Positions 17,837-26,105 of a DNA stretch of 56,247 nucleotides are shown piece after piece. The translations under genes and the position numbers were made by a program. The stretch covers positions 1-56,247 of the forward strand of contig CAYQRN010000002.1 of the NCBI GenBank assembly GCA_964419995.1. Reading direction: 5' to 3'. Positions within the stretch are counted from its first letter, which is position 1; every line of letters starts with the position of its first letter. The notes under the pieces were generated by a model, which worked only from the letters and a program-made list of their open reading frames with translations, did no database searches and was not told the origin of the DNA. This stretch comes from an uncultured Planctomycetia bacterium. GTDB taxonomy: Bacteria > Planctomycetota > GCA-002687715 > CAYQRN01.

Positions 17837-17944
17837 TCGTGGCGGGTTGGCCCGGAACCCGCCTCCGTACGCCCCCGGGGGCGCCGCGAGCCCCGGGGCC
17901 CGGCGCGATCGAAAGATCCGCGTCCGCCATGCGTTCCTCCGGGC

Positions 17945-18544
17945 GTGAGTCTACTGATGGAGCGGACCCGCGTCGATGAAGCGACGCTGATCGCGAGAGC
18001 CCTCCGGGCGGACGGCGAAGCTTTCGCCGAGCTGGTCACCCGCTACGAGAAGGCCCTTTACAACGTCATCTGGGCCGTCGTGCGGAACCACGAGGCGGCG
18101 CAGGAGATCCGACAGGAGACGTTCCTCCGCGCCTACCAGTACCTCGACCGTTTCGGGAGGAACTACCGGTTCTCCACCTGGCTCTTCCGGATCGGCGTGA
18201 ATCTGAGCATCACGCGGAAGCGCCGGGAGCGTCTCGAGAAGGATATCCTTGCGGGGACATCCCCTGCCGGGTCGAACCCCGGGGGGAGGGCGCCGGAGCG
18301 GGATCCGGACCAGGTGGCGGCGGCTCGGGAGGATATCGGGCGGCTCTTCTCCGCCATGTCCGAACTGCCGAAACGATACCAGAAGATCCTGTATCTGAGG
18401 TACCGGGAGGGGCTCTCCTGCACGGAGATCGCGCGGCGGCTCCGGACGACCGCCAACTCGGTGAGCATCGTGCTCCACCGGGCCAAGGAGAGGCTTCGGG
18501 GGCGGCTATCGGGGGATCACGACGGGAGGCACGGCGATGACTGA
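17945..18544 (+). CDS. ECF (group 4) sigma-70 family RNA polymerase sigma factor
   Basis: Region 2 is 'FAELVTRYEKALYNVIWAVVRNHEAAQEIRQETFLRAYQYLDRFGRNYRFSTWLFRIGVNLSI'. Region 4 is 'YQKILYLRYREGLSCTEIARRLRTTANSVSIVLHRAKERLR'. An alternative ATG lies at 17957. Confidence 0.85.
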   Translation: MSLLMERTRVDEATLIARALRADGEAFAELVTRYEKALYNVIWAVVRNHEAAQEIRQETFLRAYQYLDRFGRNYRFSTWLFRIGVNLSITRKRRERLEKDILAGTSPAGSNPGGRAPERDPDQVAAAREDIGRLFSAMSELPKRYQKILYLRYREGLSCTEIARRLRTTANSVSIVLHRAKERLRGRLSGDHDGRHGDD

Positions 18545-20168
18545 TCGGAGAGCTCGGGGCGACTGCCTCCGTGCACGCGAGGCTCTCGAGGTCTTTCTGG
18601 ATCTCGATGCGGACGGCGACGTGCGGGACTTCGTGGGCGCCCACATCGGCGCCTGCGGGGACTGTCAGCGGTTCGTGGCGTCCGATGACCGGCTCGTGAC
18701 ACGTCTCCACTCCCTCCCTGTGCCGAGGGCCGAAGTGCGCCGCTTCCCCCGAGCCTTCGTGCCCGTGGGGATCGCTGCGGCAGCAGCGGCGGCGCTTCTC
18801 ATCGGCCTTCTCCTGAGCGCGCGGACGGATCCCTCCGCGCCCGAACTCGCCGGCAGTCCATCGGTCCGCATCGTGGCCGATGGAGGCCGGCTCGTGAGGA
18901 GCGGAGGCGAGGACGCGACGGGCGTCGCCGACGTGCCAGCTCTCGCGGCCGGCGACAGGATGGAGACGGAACCCCGGGGCAGCCTTCTCGTCGCGGGATC
19001 GGGCTCCTGGATCCGCCTCGAGGGCGACTCGGCTGTTTCCGTGGTCGATGCGGGGCCCGAGACCCTGCGATTCCGCCTGCTCCGCGGGGGCGTGGCGGCG
19101 GGGGCTCTCTCGGACAGCATCGAGATCCTCGCGAACGACCGCACGCTCCGGGTGCGGGACGCCGAGGTCGAGGTCGCGTCGGGAAGCGACGTTCCGCCCG
19201 ACGTGGCCCTTGCCGTCCATGTGCGCCGCGGGACCGTCGTGGTTCCCGGCCGGTCGAGGGCCGCGACGGTGGATACGGGCGAAGTGCTCCTCGTCATGGC
19301 CGGCGATGGCGCGTCGGAGATCGTTGCGGCGCTCCCCACGGTCGCCGAGGTCCAGGGGCTCCGGGGGCGCCTGCGCGACCGCGACCGCGAGGTCAGGGAT
19401 CTGCAGTCCGCGGTGGCTGCGCTGCGTGCTGCCGCCGATCGGCCGGACCCGGCGGCGGAGCCGGCGACGGCGGCTGCCCCTGCTTCACCGGCGGCGGACC
19501 TTGCGCGGGTCCTGGCGCTTGCCGACAACGTCACCAACCTCCATGCACCCGCGTTCTACGAGCAGGTGGCCGCCTTCCGGGCCCTCGGGCCTGCGGGTGC
19601 GGAGAAGCTCGCGCTCGCGCTTTCGGAGGAAACGTCGCCCATCCGCCGGCTCTTCCTCACGCGGCTCCTGTCGGAGCTGCGGGTGTTCGAGGCGGTCTCG
19701 GCCCTGGCGGAGGCGGGAGAGGATCCCGACGCCATGGTGCGCGGGGAGGCCGTCGAGGGGATTGCGCGCCTCGAGATGTCCGACACGGCCCCGCTGCTTG
19801 CGGAGATCTTCCATCGCGAGAGCGATGCCGGCGTGAAGATCCGTGCTGCGGGCGGGCTCGCGAGACTCGGCGACCGGGTGGCCGCGGAACACCTCGAGCG
19901 GAGCTTCTTCGACCCCGATGCCGGGGAGGAGCTGCGCGGGATGGCCTTCTTCCGGCTCGTCCGGGCGGCTCAGGACCTCTCGGCGCCTTTCTTCCGGCGG
20001 GTCATCTCCGATCCGATCGGCCGGCGATTCCGCATCCCCGCGGCGGAGGTGCTCGGACGCCTGCGGGACGCCGAGTCCCTTCCGGCGCTTCGCTCCCTCC
20101 TCGAGGAGGAGACCGGCGTGCGGCGTGAACTCGTGGAGCAGGCGATCCGCCGGATCCAGGGCGACTGA
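18537..20168 (+). CDS. zinc-finger anti-sigma factor with a TM helix, a FecR-like region and C-terminal HEAT-like repeats
   Basis: The start overlaps the sigma gene stop by 8 nt. 'C..(x)..HIGACGDCQRF' is a zf-HC2-type motif and the TM helix is 'FVPVGIAAAAAAALLIGLLL'. A beta-rich segment follows, then 'EDPDAMVRGEAVEGIARL' and 'ESDAGVKIRAAGGLARLG', which are HEAT/PBS-lyase-like units. Confidence 0.7.
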   Translation: MTDRRARGDCLRAREALEVFLDLDADGDVRDFVGAHIGACGDCQRFVASDDRLVTRLHSLPVPRAEVRRFPRAFVPVGIAAAAAAALLIGLLLSARTDPSAPELAGSPSVRIVADGGRLVRSGGEDATGVADVPALAAGDRMETEPRGSLLVAGSGSWIRLEGDSAVSVVDAGPETLRFRLLRGGVAAGALSDSIEILANDRTLRVRDAEVEVASGSDVPPDVALAVHVRRGTVVVPGRSRAATVDTGEVLLVMAGDGASEIVAALPTVAEVQGLRGRLRDRDREVRDLQSAVAALRAAADRPDPAAEPATAAAPASPAADLARVLALADNVTNLHAPAFYEQVAAFRALGPAGAEKLALALSEETSPIRRLFLTRLLSELRVFEAVSALAEAGEDPDAMVRGEAVEGIARLEMSDTAPLLAEIFHRESDAGVKIRAAGGLARLGDRVAAEHLERSFFDPDAGEELRGMAFFRLVRAAQDLSAPFFRRVISDPIGRRFRIPAAEVLGRLRDAESLPALRSLLEEETGVRRELVEQAIRRIQGD

Positions 20169-20180
20169 GCGCTACGCGGC

Positions 20181-21920
20181 TCAGAAGATGTCGTTGATCT
20201 CGGCGATGGCCTCGACGCGCAGCGCGTAGAGGGTGTCGACGGAGATGCGTGCGAGGGGGCGGGGGGAGGCCGTCTCGCCGAGGACACCGAGCGCCACGAC
20301 GGCGAAGGCTCGGGCCGCGGGTTGCTCGCTGGGGCTCCGGACGAGCGTGGTCAGCGGTCCGATGGCGCGCCGATCGCCGAGGAGGCCGAGGGAGAGGGCC
20401 ACGGCGCCCCTCACGGCCGTCTGCGCAGCGGAGCGGAGGACTCGGACCAGGGTGTCGACGGACTCGCGGTCGCCGAGAAGCCCCAGCGCCAGGGCGGCTG
20501 CGCCAAGTTCTGCAGCGTTCCTCGACCGGACGAGGATGTCCCGCGCGGCCGGAAGGACTGCCGCATCACCGAGCATGGCGAGGGACGTGACGAGATGGGA
20601 TCTGAGCCCGGGGTTGCGGGTCTTCCCGAGAGCCTCGAGGAGATCGGCGGCCGGCTCGTGCCGGCCGAGGATGCCGATGGCGATGGCGGCGGCTCCGGCG
20701 AAGTCCGGGTCGGCGCCCTCCCGGACCTGGGCGAGGAGATCGGGCAGGCTCGAGACGTCTCCCGCGATGCCGAGCGCGATGGCGGCGAAGGCGCGGACTT
20801 CGCGGTCGCGAGCCGTGCCGAACAGCGTTCGGAGCGTGTTCGTGGCTGCCTCGCCTCCCACCCGTCCGGCGGAGATCGCCGCGAAGCAGCGGACGTGGGT
20901 GTCGGAGTCGGCGGCGATGGCGGCGAGGAGGGGAGCGATATCGTCCGCGGCGCCCCGCGGAAGGAGTCGGCCGAACGCGATGGCCGCGGCGCGGCGCACA
21001 TCCGTCCGGCGGTCCCCGAGAGCGCTCCGGACTGCCGGCAGTGCGGCCGGATCTCCCAGTTTGGCGAGGCCGACGAGGAGCAGGGGCCGGAAGGACGCAT
21101 CGCGGATGTCGGATTCCCTGAGAAGGCGCACGAGGAGAGCGGTCGTCGTCGTGTCGCCCGTGAGGCCGAGGGCGAGAGCGCGGCAGCCGGCCATGTCCTG
21201 GCGGCGCAGCCGGGTCACGAGGTCGTCGCCGCCACGCTCCCCGAGGTGGGCGGCCAGGGACTCACGGGCATCGGGCCCCCCTGAGAGCCCGAGCGCGAGG
21301 GCGGAGAGGGCACGCTGGCGATGGGGCGTTCCTGGCTCCGTGAGGATGCGGACGAGGGCGGATTCGGCTCGGCTGAACCGGAGGAGGCCAAGCCCGATCG
21401 TGGCGGCTTCCGCCACGGCCTGGTCGGGATCCGCGAGGGCGCGGAGGAGGGCCTCGCACTCGGGGATGGAACCCGCACGGCCGAGGGCGATGGCGGCGGA
21501 GTCGCGGACCTCGCGGTCGCGATCAACCAGGGCCTCGAGGAGGATGGGGACGATGCCGTCGCGGATCTCCGAAGGGCCGGGAGGCGACAGCGGGCCTTCT
21601 CCGGCGTAGCCGTCCTCCCTCAGTTCCGGGTGCGTCCGGGCGAGGGCTCGGCCGCGCACATCGAAGAACTCGTCGCGATTGTGCTCCCACCAGGTCTCCC
21701 AGGAGGGCGCCGTTCCCGTCGTGCCCTGGAGGGACGAGGAGGGGAGACCCCGACCGGTGGTTCCGCCCATGGCCCCCCGCGGGACTCTGGCTCCCGGGAC
21801 CGACGGCGGCGTCGGTTGACCGGCGCCTGGGCTCTGATACTGTCCGCCGTGACCGCGCACAGCGGCGGCGAGGAGCCCGAGGGAGAGCCCCGCGAGGACT
21901 GCGAGAACGGTCCGCTTCAT
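20181..21920 (-). CDS. secreted HEAT (PBS-lyase-type) repeat protein
   Basis: The ATG at 21920 is preceded by GGAGG and opens with the signal peptide 'MKRTVLAVLAGLSLGLLAAAVRG'. 'D-x-D/R-x-x-VR-x-x-AA-x-A-x-G' units recur many times, for example 'DRDREVRDSAAIALGRAG', 'DRRTDVRRAAAIAFGRL', 'DSDTHVRCFAAISAGRVG' and 'ARDREVRAFAAIALGIAG'. Confidence 0.7.
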   Translation of the reverse strand: MKRTVLAVLAGLSLGLLAAAVRGHGGQYQSPGAGQPTPPSVPGARVPRGAMGGTTGRGLPSSSLQGTTGTAPSWETWWEHNRDEFFDVRGRALARTHPELREDGYAGEGPLSPPGPSEIRDGIVPILLEALVDRDREVRDSAAIALGRAGSIPECEALLRALADPDQAVAEAATIGLGLLRFSRAESALVRILTEPGTPHRQRALSALALGLSGGPDARESLAAHLGERGGDDLVTRLRRQDMAGCRALALGLTGDTTTTALLVRLLRESDIRDASFRPLLLVGLAKLGDPAALPAVRSALGDRRTDVRRAAAIAFGRLLPRGAADDIAPLLAAIAADSDTHVRCFAAISAGRVGGEAATNTLRTLFGTARDREVRAFAAIALGIAGDVSSLPDLLAQVREGADPDFAGAAAIAIGILGRHEPAADLLEALGKTRNPGLRSHLVTSLAMLGDAAVLPAARDILVRSRNAAELGAAALALGLLGDRESVDTLVRVLRSAAQTAVRGAVALSLGLLGDRRAIGPLTTLVRSPSEQPAARAFAVVALGVLGETASPRPLARISVDTLYALRVEAIAEINDIF

Positions 21921-22538
21921 CGTGGCCACCTCCGTGCTCCTGCCGGCGGACTTGACGTCCGTGCGTTGCCGAACGGCCGGGGCTCCAGCGTCCCCCGAGA
22001 CCGAAACCTGCAACGATGCAGGGGTTTCGCTCGCGGCGGGCGTGCGGGAGGACCTCTGCGACGACATGCCTGCGGATCCCTTGCAAGCGGAGGACCGTGC
22101 GCGGCGAGGGGCGCTCAGGGATGGAGCGCGGTGGGGGGCGCGAAGAAACCGACAGCCAGGGAAACCCTTGTATTTGCCGTATATGAGGAGTGTGAAATGT
22201 GAAAGATGACTCGACCCTGGCTGTGGTTTTTTCTCTTCGCTGAACCTCCGACCCTGATGGGGTCTGTTCCGATGGCGATCGGATCTTCCGGACCTGCGGC
22301 CTGTCCGGCGCGGGACTGACGGCTGACCCGCGGCCGACGCGACCGGGAACCTGGCAGGAGGGGACCCCCGGGACCCGCGCCGTGCATACAGAGATCAGGG
22401 CGGAGCGAAGAAGCGGACAAGATTTTTCGACTGAACTCCGCCTCCTCCAGAGGTTTCGGTCGTCGAGCGGCACCCCGACCTTGCCTTTCGGCAGCATTCT
22501 GCAAACGTCGCTTCAAACACGAGTTGGGAGTGCCCTCC

Positions 22539-23522
22539 ATGGCCCGGACGGGAGCTTCGAAGCGTTTGCGCCTGCGGCAGATCGCCGCCTCTCCGAGCTA
22601 CCGCAAGGCGTTTCTCGACCCGGTTTTCCTCGTACGGGACGAGCTTCGGCCGATTCGCCTTCAGCTCGAGCTATTGAAACCCGAGCTCACGCTCGCGGAG
22701 GCGCGGGTCCGATCGACGGTGGTCGTTTTCGGCGGGACGCGGATCCGGGATCGCCGGGAGGCCCTCGCGCGGCTCAGATCGCTCGAGAAGGCGCTGGATC
22801 GGCGGCCGGACGATGCCATCCTCGCCCGCGCGGTTGCCATCGCCCGCCGGGGCGTCGCGTCGTCCCGCTACTACGAGGAGGCCCGCCGCTTCGGGCGGAT
22901 CGTGAGCAGCGCGTGCCAGATCGGTGAGATCTGCGACTTCGTCATCATCACGGGGGGCGGCCCCGGGATCATGGAAGCGGCGAACCGCGGCGCGGCGGAT
23001 GCGGGCGCGAAGAGCATCGGACTCAACATCACGCTGCCCCACGAGCAGCATCCCAATCCCTGGATCACGCCGGAGCTCTGCTTCCAGTTCCACTATTTCG
23101 CCATCCGGAAGATGCACTTCCTTCTGAGGGCGAGGGCGCTCGTCATCTTCCCCGGCGGGTTCGGGACGCTCGACGAGCTCTTCGAGACCCTGACGCTCAT
23201 CCAGACGCGCAAGATGGCGCCTTTGCCCATCATCCTCATCGGGAAGGAGTTCTGGTCGGCTCTCATCGACTTCCGGCGGCTCGTGGACGAGGGGCTCATC
23301 GCCGAGGAGGATCTCGGGCTCTTCGAGTACGCGGAAACGGCGGAGGATGCGTGGTCCGCGATCCGCCGGTTCTTCCGTCGCGCCGCGGCGCCGGATCGGG
23401 GGATCGGTGTCAGCCCCGGCCCTTTCCCGCCGGCGGCCTCGGAGGTGGCTGGCGGAGCGGCATCTGGGTCCGACGCGCGGCCGGCACGCCGGACCCGCGT
23501 CCGGCGGCGATCCCGGAAGTAG
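22539..23522 (+). CDS. LOG / TIGR00730-family Rossmann-fold protein (nucleotide 5'-monophosphate nucleosidase-like)
   Basis: 'ITGGGPGIMEAANRGAADAG' and 'IFPGGFGTLDELFETLTLIQTRKM' (the PGGxGTxxE motif). The ATG at 22539 is preceded by GGGAG; the track start is TTG at 22524. Confidence 0.8.
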   Translation: MARTGASKRLRLRQIAASPSYRKAFLDPVFLVRDELRPIRLQLELLKPELTLAEARVRSTVVVFGGTRIRDRREALARLRSLEKALDRRPDDAILARAVAIARRGVASSRYYEEARRFGRIVSSACQIGEICDFVIITGGGPGIMEAANRGAADAGAKSIGLNITLPHEQHPNPWITPELCFQFHYFAIRKMHFLLRARALVIFPGGFGTLDELFETLTLIQTRKMAPLPIILIGKEFWSALIDFRRLVDEGLIAEEDLGLFEYAETAEDAWSAIRRFFRRAAAPDRGIGVSPGPFPPAASEVAGGAASGSDARPARRTRVRRRSRK

Positions 23523-23720
23523 CGTGGTGCGTCACACAGATGCGAACATATTCGCCGAGAGATTCTCGTGTGGGGCGAGGCGCGAGCCCGGAAGCAACCC
23601 TGGATGGGTTGTGGGGAGGGCGAGCAACGAAGCCCCGCGCGAGAAGATCCGGCGAGATGGAGCAAGTGAATTCGGTCCTCGTCGGGATATGTAACGGTAT
23701 GTGTGACGCACCACAGTAGC
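23518..23720. mobile_element. MITE-like non-autonomous element: 191 bp with 15-bp perfect terminal inverted repeats and 6-bp flanking direct repeats
   Basis: GTGGTGCGTCACACA (23524-23538) is the exact reverse complement of TGTGTGACGCACCAC (23700-23714). AGTAGC occurs immediately outside both ends (23518-23523 and 23715-23720). The interior is visibly less GC-rich and has no convincing ORF. The element sits between the LOG stop codon and the 3' end of tRNA-Leu. Confidence 0.5.
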
Positions 23721-23748
23721 TTCGCGCTGGCGATCCATCCTCAAGCGA

Positions 23749-23830
23749 TGCGAGAGGAGGGAGTCGAACCCTCACGGGTTGCCCCACAGGATCCTAAGTC
23801 CTGCGCGTCTGCCGGTTCCGCCACTCTCGC
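23749..23830 (-). tRNA. tRNA-Leu (anticodon TAG), class II with a long variable arm
   Basis: The reverse complement reads GCGAGAGTGGCGGAACCGGCAGACGCGCAGGACTTAGGATCCTGTGGGGCAACCCGTGAGGGTTCGACTCCCTCCTCTCGCA. It has a 7-bp acceptor stem (GCGAGAG/CTCTCGC), anticodon stem CAGGA/TCCTG with loop CTTAGGA, and T-loop GGTTCGACTCC. CCA is not encoded. Confidence 0.9.
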
Positions 23831-23986
23831 GCGGCGCACGTCCGTGGCCTCAGGACGTTAACGGCGCGCCGTCTTCCCGAAAACGCCCCGGGACGGGGTT
23901 CTTGACGGACGAGGGCGCCCTCGCCATAAGGTCCGCCGTGCGCCTCCGGTCTTCGGATCGGCGCCGAGGCTGGTGGAGTCTCTGTC

Positions 23987-24394
23987 ATGTCGTCGATGCC
24001 GTCACGGACATTCGAGGGGCCGTTCACGCCGGATCTCGTCGGAGCCATCATCGTCCATCGGCTCTGCCCGAAGTGCCTGATACCGGGCGCGAGGATCCGG
24101 TCGGAGGAGCGGGGAGAGGATCTCCTGCACATCGCCGTCTGCGACCGCTGCAGCGTCGAGTGGCGGTTCTCGAGTGCTGCCTTCGCCAGGAACCGAGCCG
24201 CCGACGTGCTGCCGGCGGACCGGGACCGGCTCGGCGCGGAGATCACGGGCGGCATCGGGGCCCACCGTCGCCGGAGCTGCCCGCGCTGCCAGGTGAAGCT
24301 CCCGGAGCCTTTCCGCACCCACGGAGCCCGGGCGGCGCGTTGCGCTGCCTGCGGGTTCCGGATCCCCCTCGGGAGTCCCGTGGCCACGCCATGA
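23987..24394 (+). CDS. small double zinc-ribbon protein (four CxxC pairs), hypothetical
   Basis: The pairs are 'CPKC..(x21)..CDRC' and 'CPRC..(x19)..CAAC'. Third positions are G/C-rich throughout. The stop overlaps the clpS ATG in an ATGA arrangement (24391-24394). Confidence 0.5.
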   Translation: MSSMPSRTFEGPFTPDLVGAIIVHRLCPKCLIPGARIRSEERGEDLLHIAVCDRCSVEWRFSSAAFARNRAADVLPADRDRLGAEITGGIGAHRRRSCPRCQVKLPEPFRTHGARAARCAACGFRIPLGSPVATP

Positions 24395-24726
24395 GAGGGG
24401 CGACGAAGACCCTGCCCCGGCCCGAGGTCGGATCGAAGCCCGCCGTCGATGTCCGTCCATCGCCGCTCTGGAACGTCATCCTGCTCGACGACGATGATCA
24501 CACCTATGACTACGTCATCGAGATGCTCATGCGCCTTTTCGGGTTTCCCGTCGAGAAGGCCTGGCTTCACGCCTGCGAGGTGGACACGGCCAGGCGGACG
24601 CTCCTTCTTACCTGCGATCTCGAACACGCCGAGTTCAAGCGGGATCAGATCCACGCCTACGGCGCGGACCCGCGGCTGCCGCGGTCGCGGGGCTCCATGT
24701 CCTCGGTGATCGAGCCGGCGCTCTGA
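24391..24726 (+). CDS. clpS: ATP-dependent Clp protease adaptor ClpS
   Basis: 'PLWNVILLDDDDHTYDYVIEMLMRLFGFPVEKAWLHACEVDTARRTLLLTCDLEHAEFKRDQIHAYG' has the ClpS core architecture. The 315-aa track ORF runs back across tRNA-Leu, so it was trimmed to the internal ATG. Confidence 0.85.
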   Translation: MRGATKTLPRPEVGSKPAVDVRPSPLWNVILLDDDDHTYDYVIEMLMRLFGFPVEKAWLHACEVDTARRTLLLTCDLEHAEFKRDQIHAYGADPRLPRSRGSMSSVIEPAL

Positions 24727-26105
24727 TCGCGGGCCGGCCCCCGCGGGGTCTCGTCGAATGTCATCGGCCGGAAGATCGGGCCCTGGGTCGGGCGCATGAC
24801 CCAGAGCCGCAGGAAGAGCCGCCGGTACCCGATGGGCTCCACCGGGATGACCTCGCGGAGGCGAGGCGCGAAGGCCGCGACGACGAGGAGACGCAGCACG
24901 GCGGATACCGCGAAGATCCAGAGATAGGGGGGGAGCCCCGCGGGAGGGTGGCCGATGAGGGCGGCGCCGAGGAAGCCCCCCGTCGCCGTGGCGATTCCGT
25001 TGAGGAGCGTGAAGTAGGCGATGGCCTCCGTCCGGAAGCGTCGGGCGGCCGTGTTGAGGAGGAGCGTGAAGGACGCGAGTTCGTGGCCGGCGAAGGCGAG
25101 ACCTGACACGACCTGGGCGGCGACGAGCCATGTCGTCGTTCGGAGAACGGCCCAGAGAATGGGCACGAGGGGCACGAGGATGCCGGCGAGGACGAGGCAC
25201 TTCCGGGCGCCGAAGCGGTCGATGAGGCGGCCCCACGCGCCGAGGAAGGCCCACTTGGCTCCGATAGGGACGGCCAGGATGACGGTGTAGTCGGCGAAGG
25301 ACAGGCGGAGATCGCGGAGGACGAAGGGTGCGAGGAAGGGGCCGGCGATCTGGGTTGCGAGGGTCATGAGCGACAGGTAGAGGGCCAGCCGGTGGAATCC
25401 TCGACCCCGCGTCGTGAGGAGGAAGATGGAGAGCCCCGTGCTGCGGGGCAGGGCGCGGGGGTTGGGGTCGTGCTGCCGGATCAGGAAGAAGGCGGAGACG
25501 GCCCGGGCCGCGAGGGCGACGCCGAAGATGAGGCCGAATCCGACGAGGCTGCCCTCAGGCGATCCTGCGGCAGTGCGAGGCGACGTCAGGGCGAGGACGG
25601 TGCCGGCTCCGAGGAGTCCGGCGGCGAGGGTGATCTGGAGGATGCGGCTCCGGCGTCCGAAGAAGCTCCCGCGGAGCGATGGCGGGACGAGGTCGCCCAT
25701 CCAGAAGTTCCACGGAGGGCCCGCGCTCATCCCGAAGGCGTAGTAGAGGGAGACGCATGCGGCCGCCGCGAGCACGCCGTCGACCGGGAGCAGGGCCGTG
25801 AGGAAGAGGGGAGCGAAGGTGGCGGCCTGCAGGGCGCAGAGGATCCAGACGGCGCGCTTGCGCCCTCCGAGAAGGCGCGTGATCCGGGCGGCGAAGAACT
25901 GGCAGACGGATCCCGCGAGGATCGGGAAGGCCGTGATGAGCGCGAGCCCGGCGGGACCGGCGCCGAGGAAGAGGGCGAAGGCGCCGAAGAAGGACTCTCC
26001 GGCCCCGAACATGATGGCGAAGAAGGCGCCGTCGAGGATGGAGTTCCGGAGCGCCCGGCGGACGACGTCCGAGGGGGCGGGCGGGGGGGCGGGATGCGCT
26101 CGCAA
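24657..26105 (-). CDS. MFS-type transporter (12-TM class); start uncertain
   Basis: 'LRNSILDGAFFAIMFGAGESFFGAFALFLGAG' is followed by about 12 hydrophobic helices. The only in-frame start upstream of the conserved N-terminus is the TTG at 26105, which overlaps the 3' end of tRNA-Lys by 11 nt. The 3' end overlaps clpS convergently by 70 nt. Confidence 0.7.
   Translation of the reverse strand: MRAHPAPPPAPSDVVRRALRNSILDGAFFAIMFGAGESFFGAFALFLGAGPAGLALITAFPILAGSVCQFFAARITRLLGGRKRAVWILCALQAATFAPLFLTALLPVDGVLAAAACVSLYYAFGMSAGPPWNFWMGDLVPPSLRGSFFGRRSRILQITLAAGLLGAGTVLALTSPRTAAGSPEGSLVGFGLIFGVALAARAVSAFFLIRQHDPNPRALPRSTGLSIFLLTTRGRGFHRLALYLSLMTLATQIAGPFLAPFVLRDLRLSFADYTVILAVPIGAKWAFLGAWGRLIDRFGARKCLVLAGILVPLVPILWAVLRTTTWLVAAQVVSGLAFAGHELASFTLLLNTAARRFRTEAIAYFTLLNGIATATGGFLGAALIGHPPAGLPPYLWIFAVSAVLRLLVVAAFAPRLREVIPVEPIGYRRLFLRLWVMRPTQGPIFRPMTFDETPRGPARDQSAGSITEDMEPRDRGSRGSAP

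Noticed and set aside
22282-22296. Minus-strand 'CAGGTCCGGAAG', reminiscent of the SRP (4.5S) RNA helix-8 GGAA tetraloop region.
   Set aside because: The sequence after GGAA (GATCCGATCGCC) cannot form the conserved 'GGAAGCAGCC' strand or its symmetric and asymmetric loops. There is no matching 5'/3' closing helix either.
21921-22538. Possible RNase P RNA, tmRNA or riboswitch in the long intergenic region.
   Set aside because: I found no 'GGAAAGTCCGG' P4 element, no tRNA-like 'GGTTCGA..CCA' end with a tag ORF, and no riboswitch core I recognise. Only the hairpin/T6 feature is reported as a finding.
23779-24390. N-terminal 204 codons of the 315-aa track ORF that ends as ClpS.
   Set aside because: This part starts inside tRNA-Leu, is Arg/Pro/Gly-rich, and is out of frame with the better-composed zinc-ribbon ORF. 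ClpS proteins are about 100 aa, and an internal ATG at 24391 gives exactly that.
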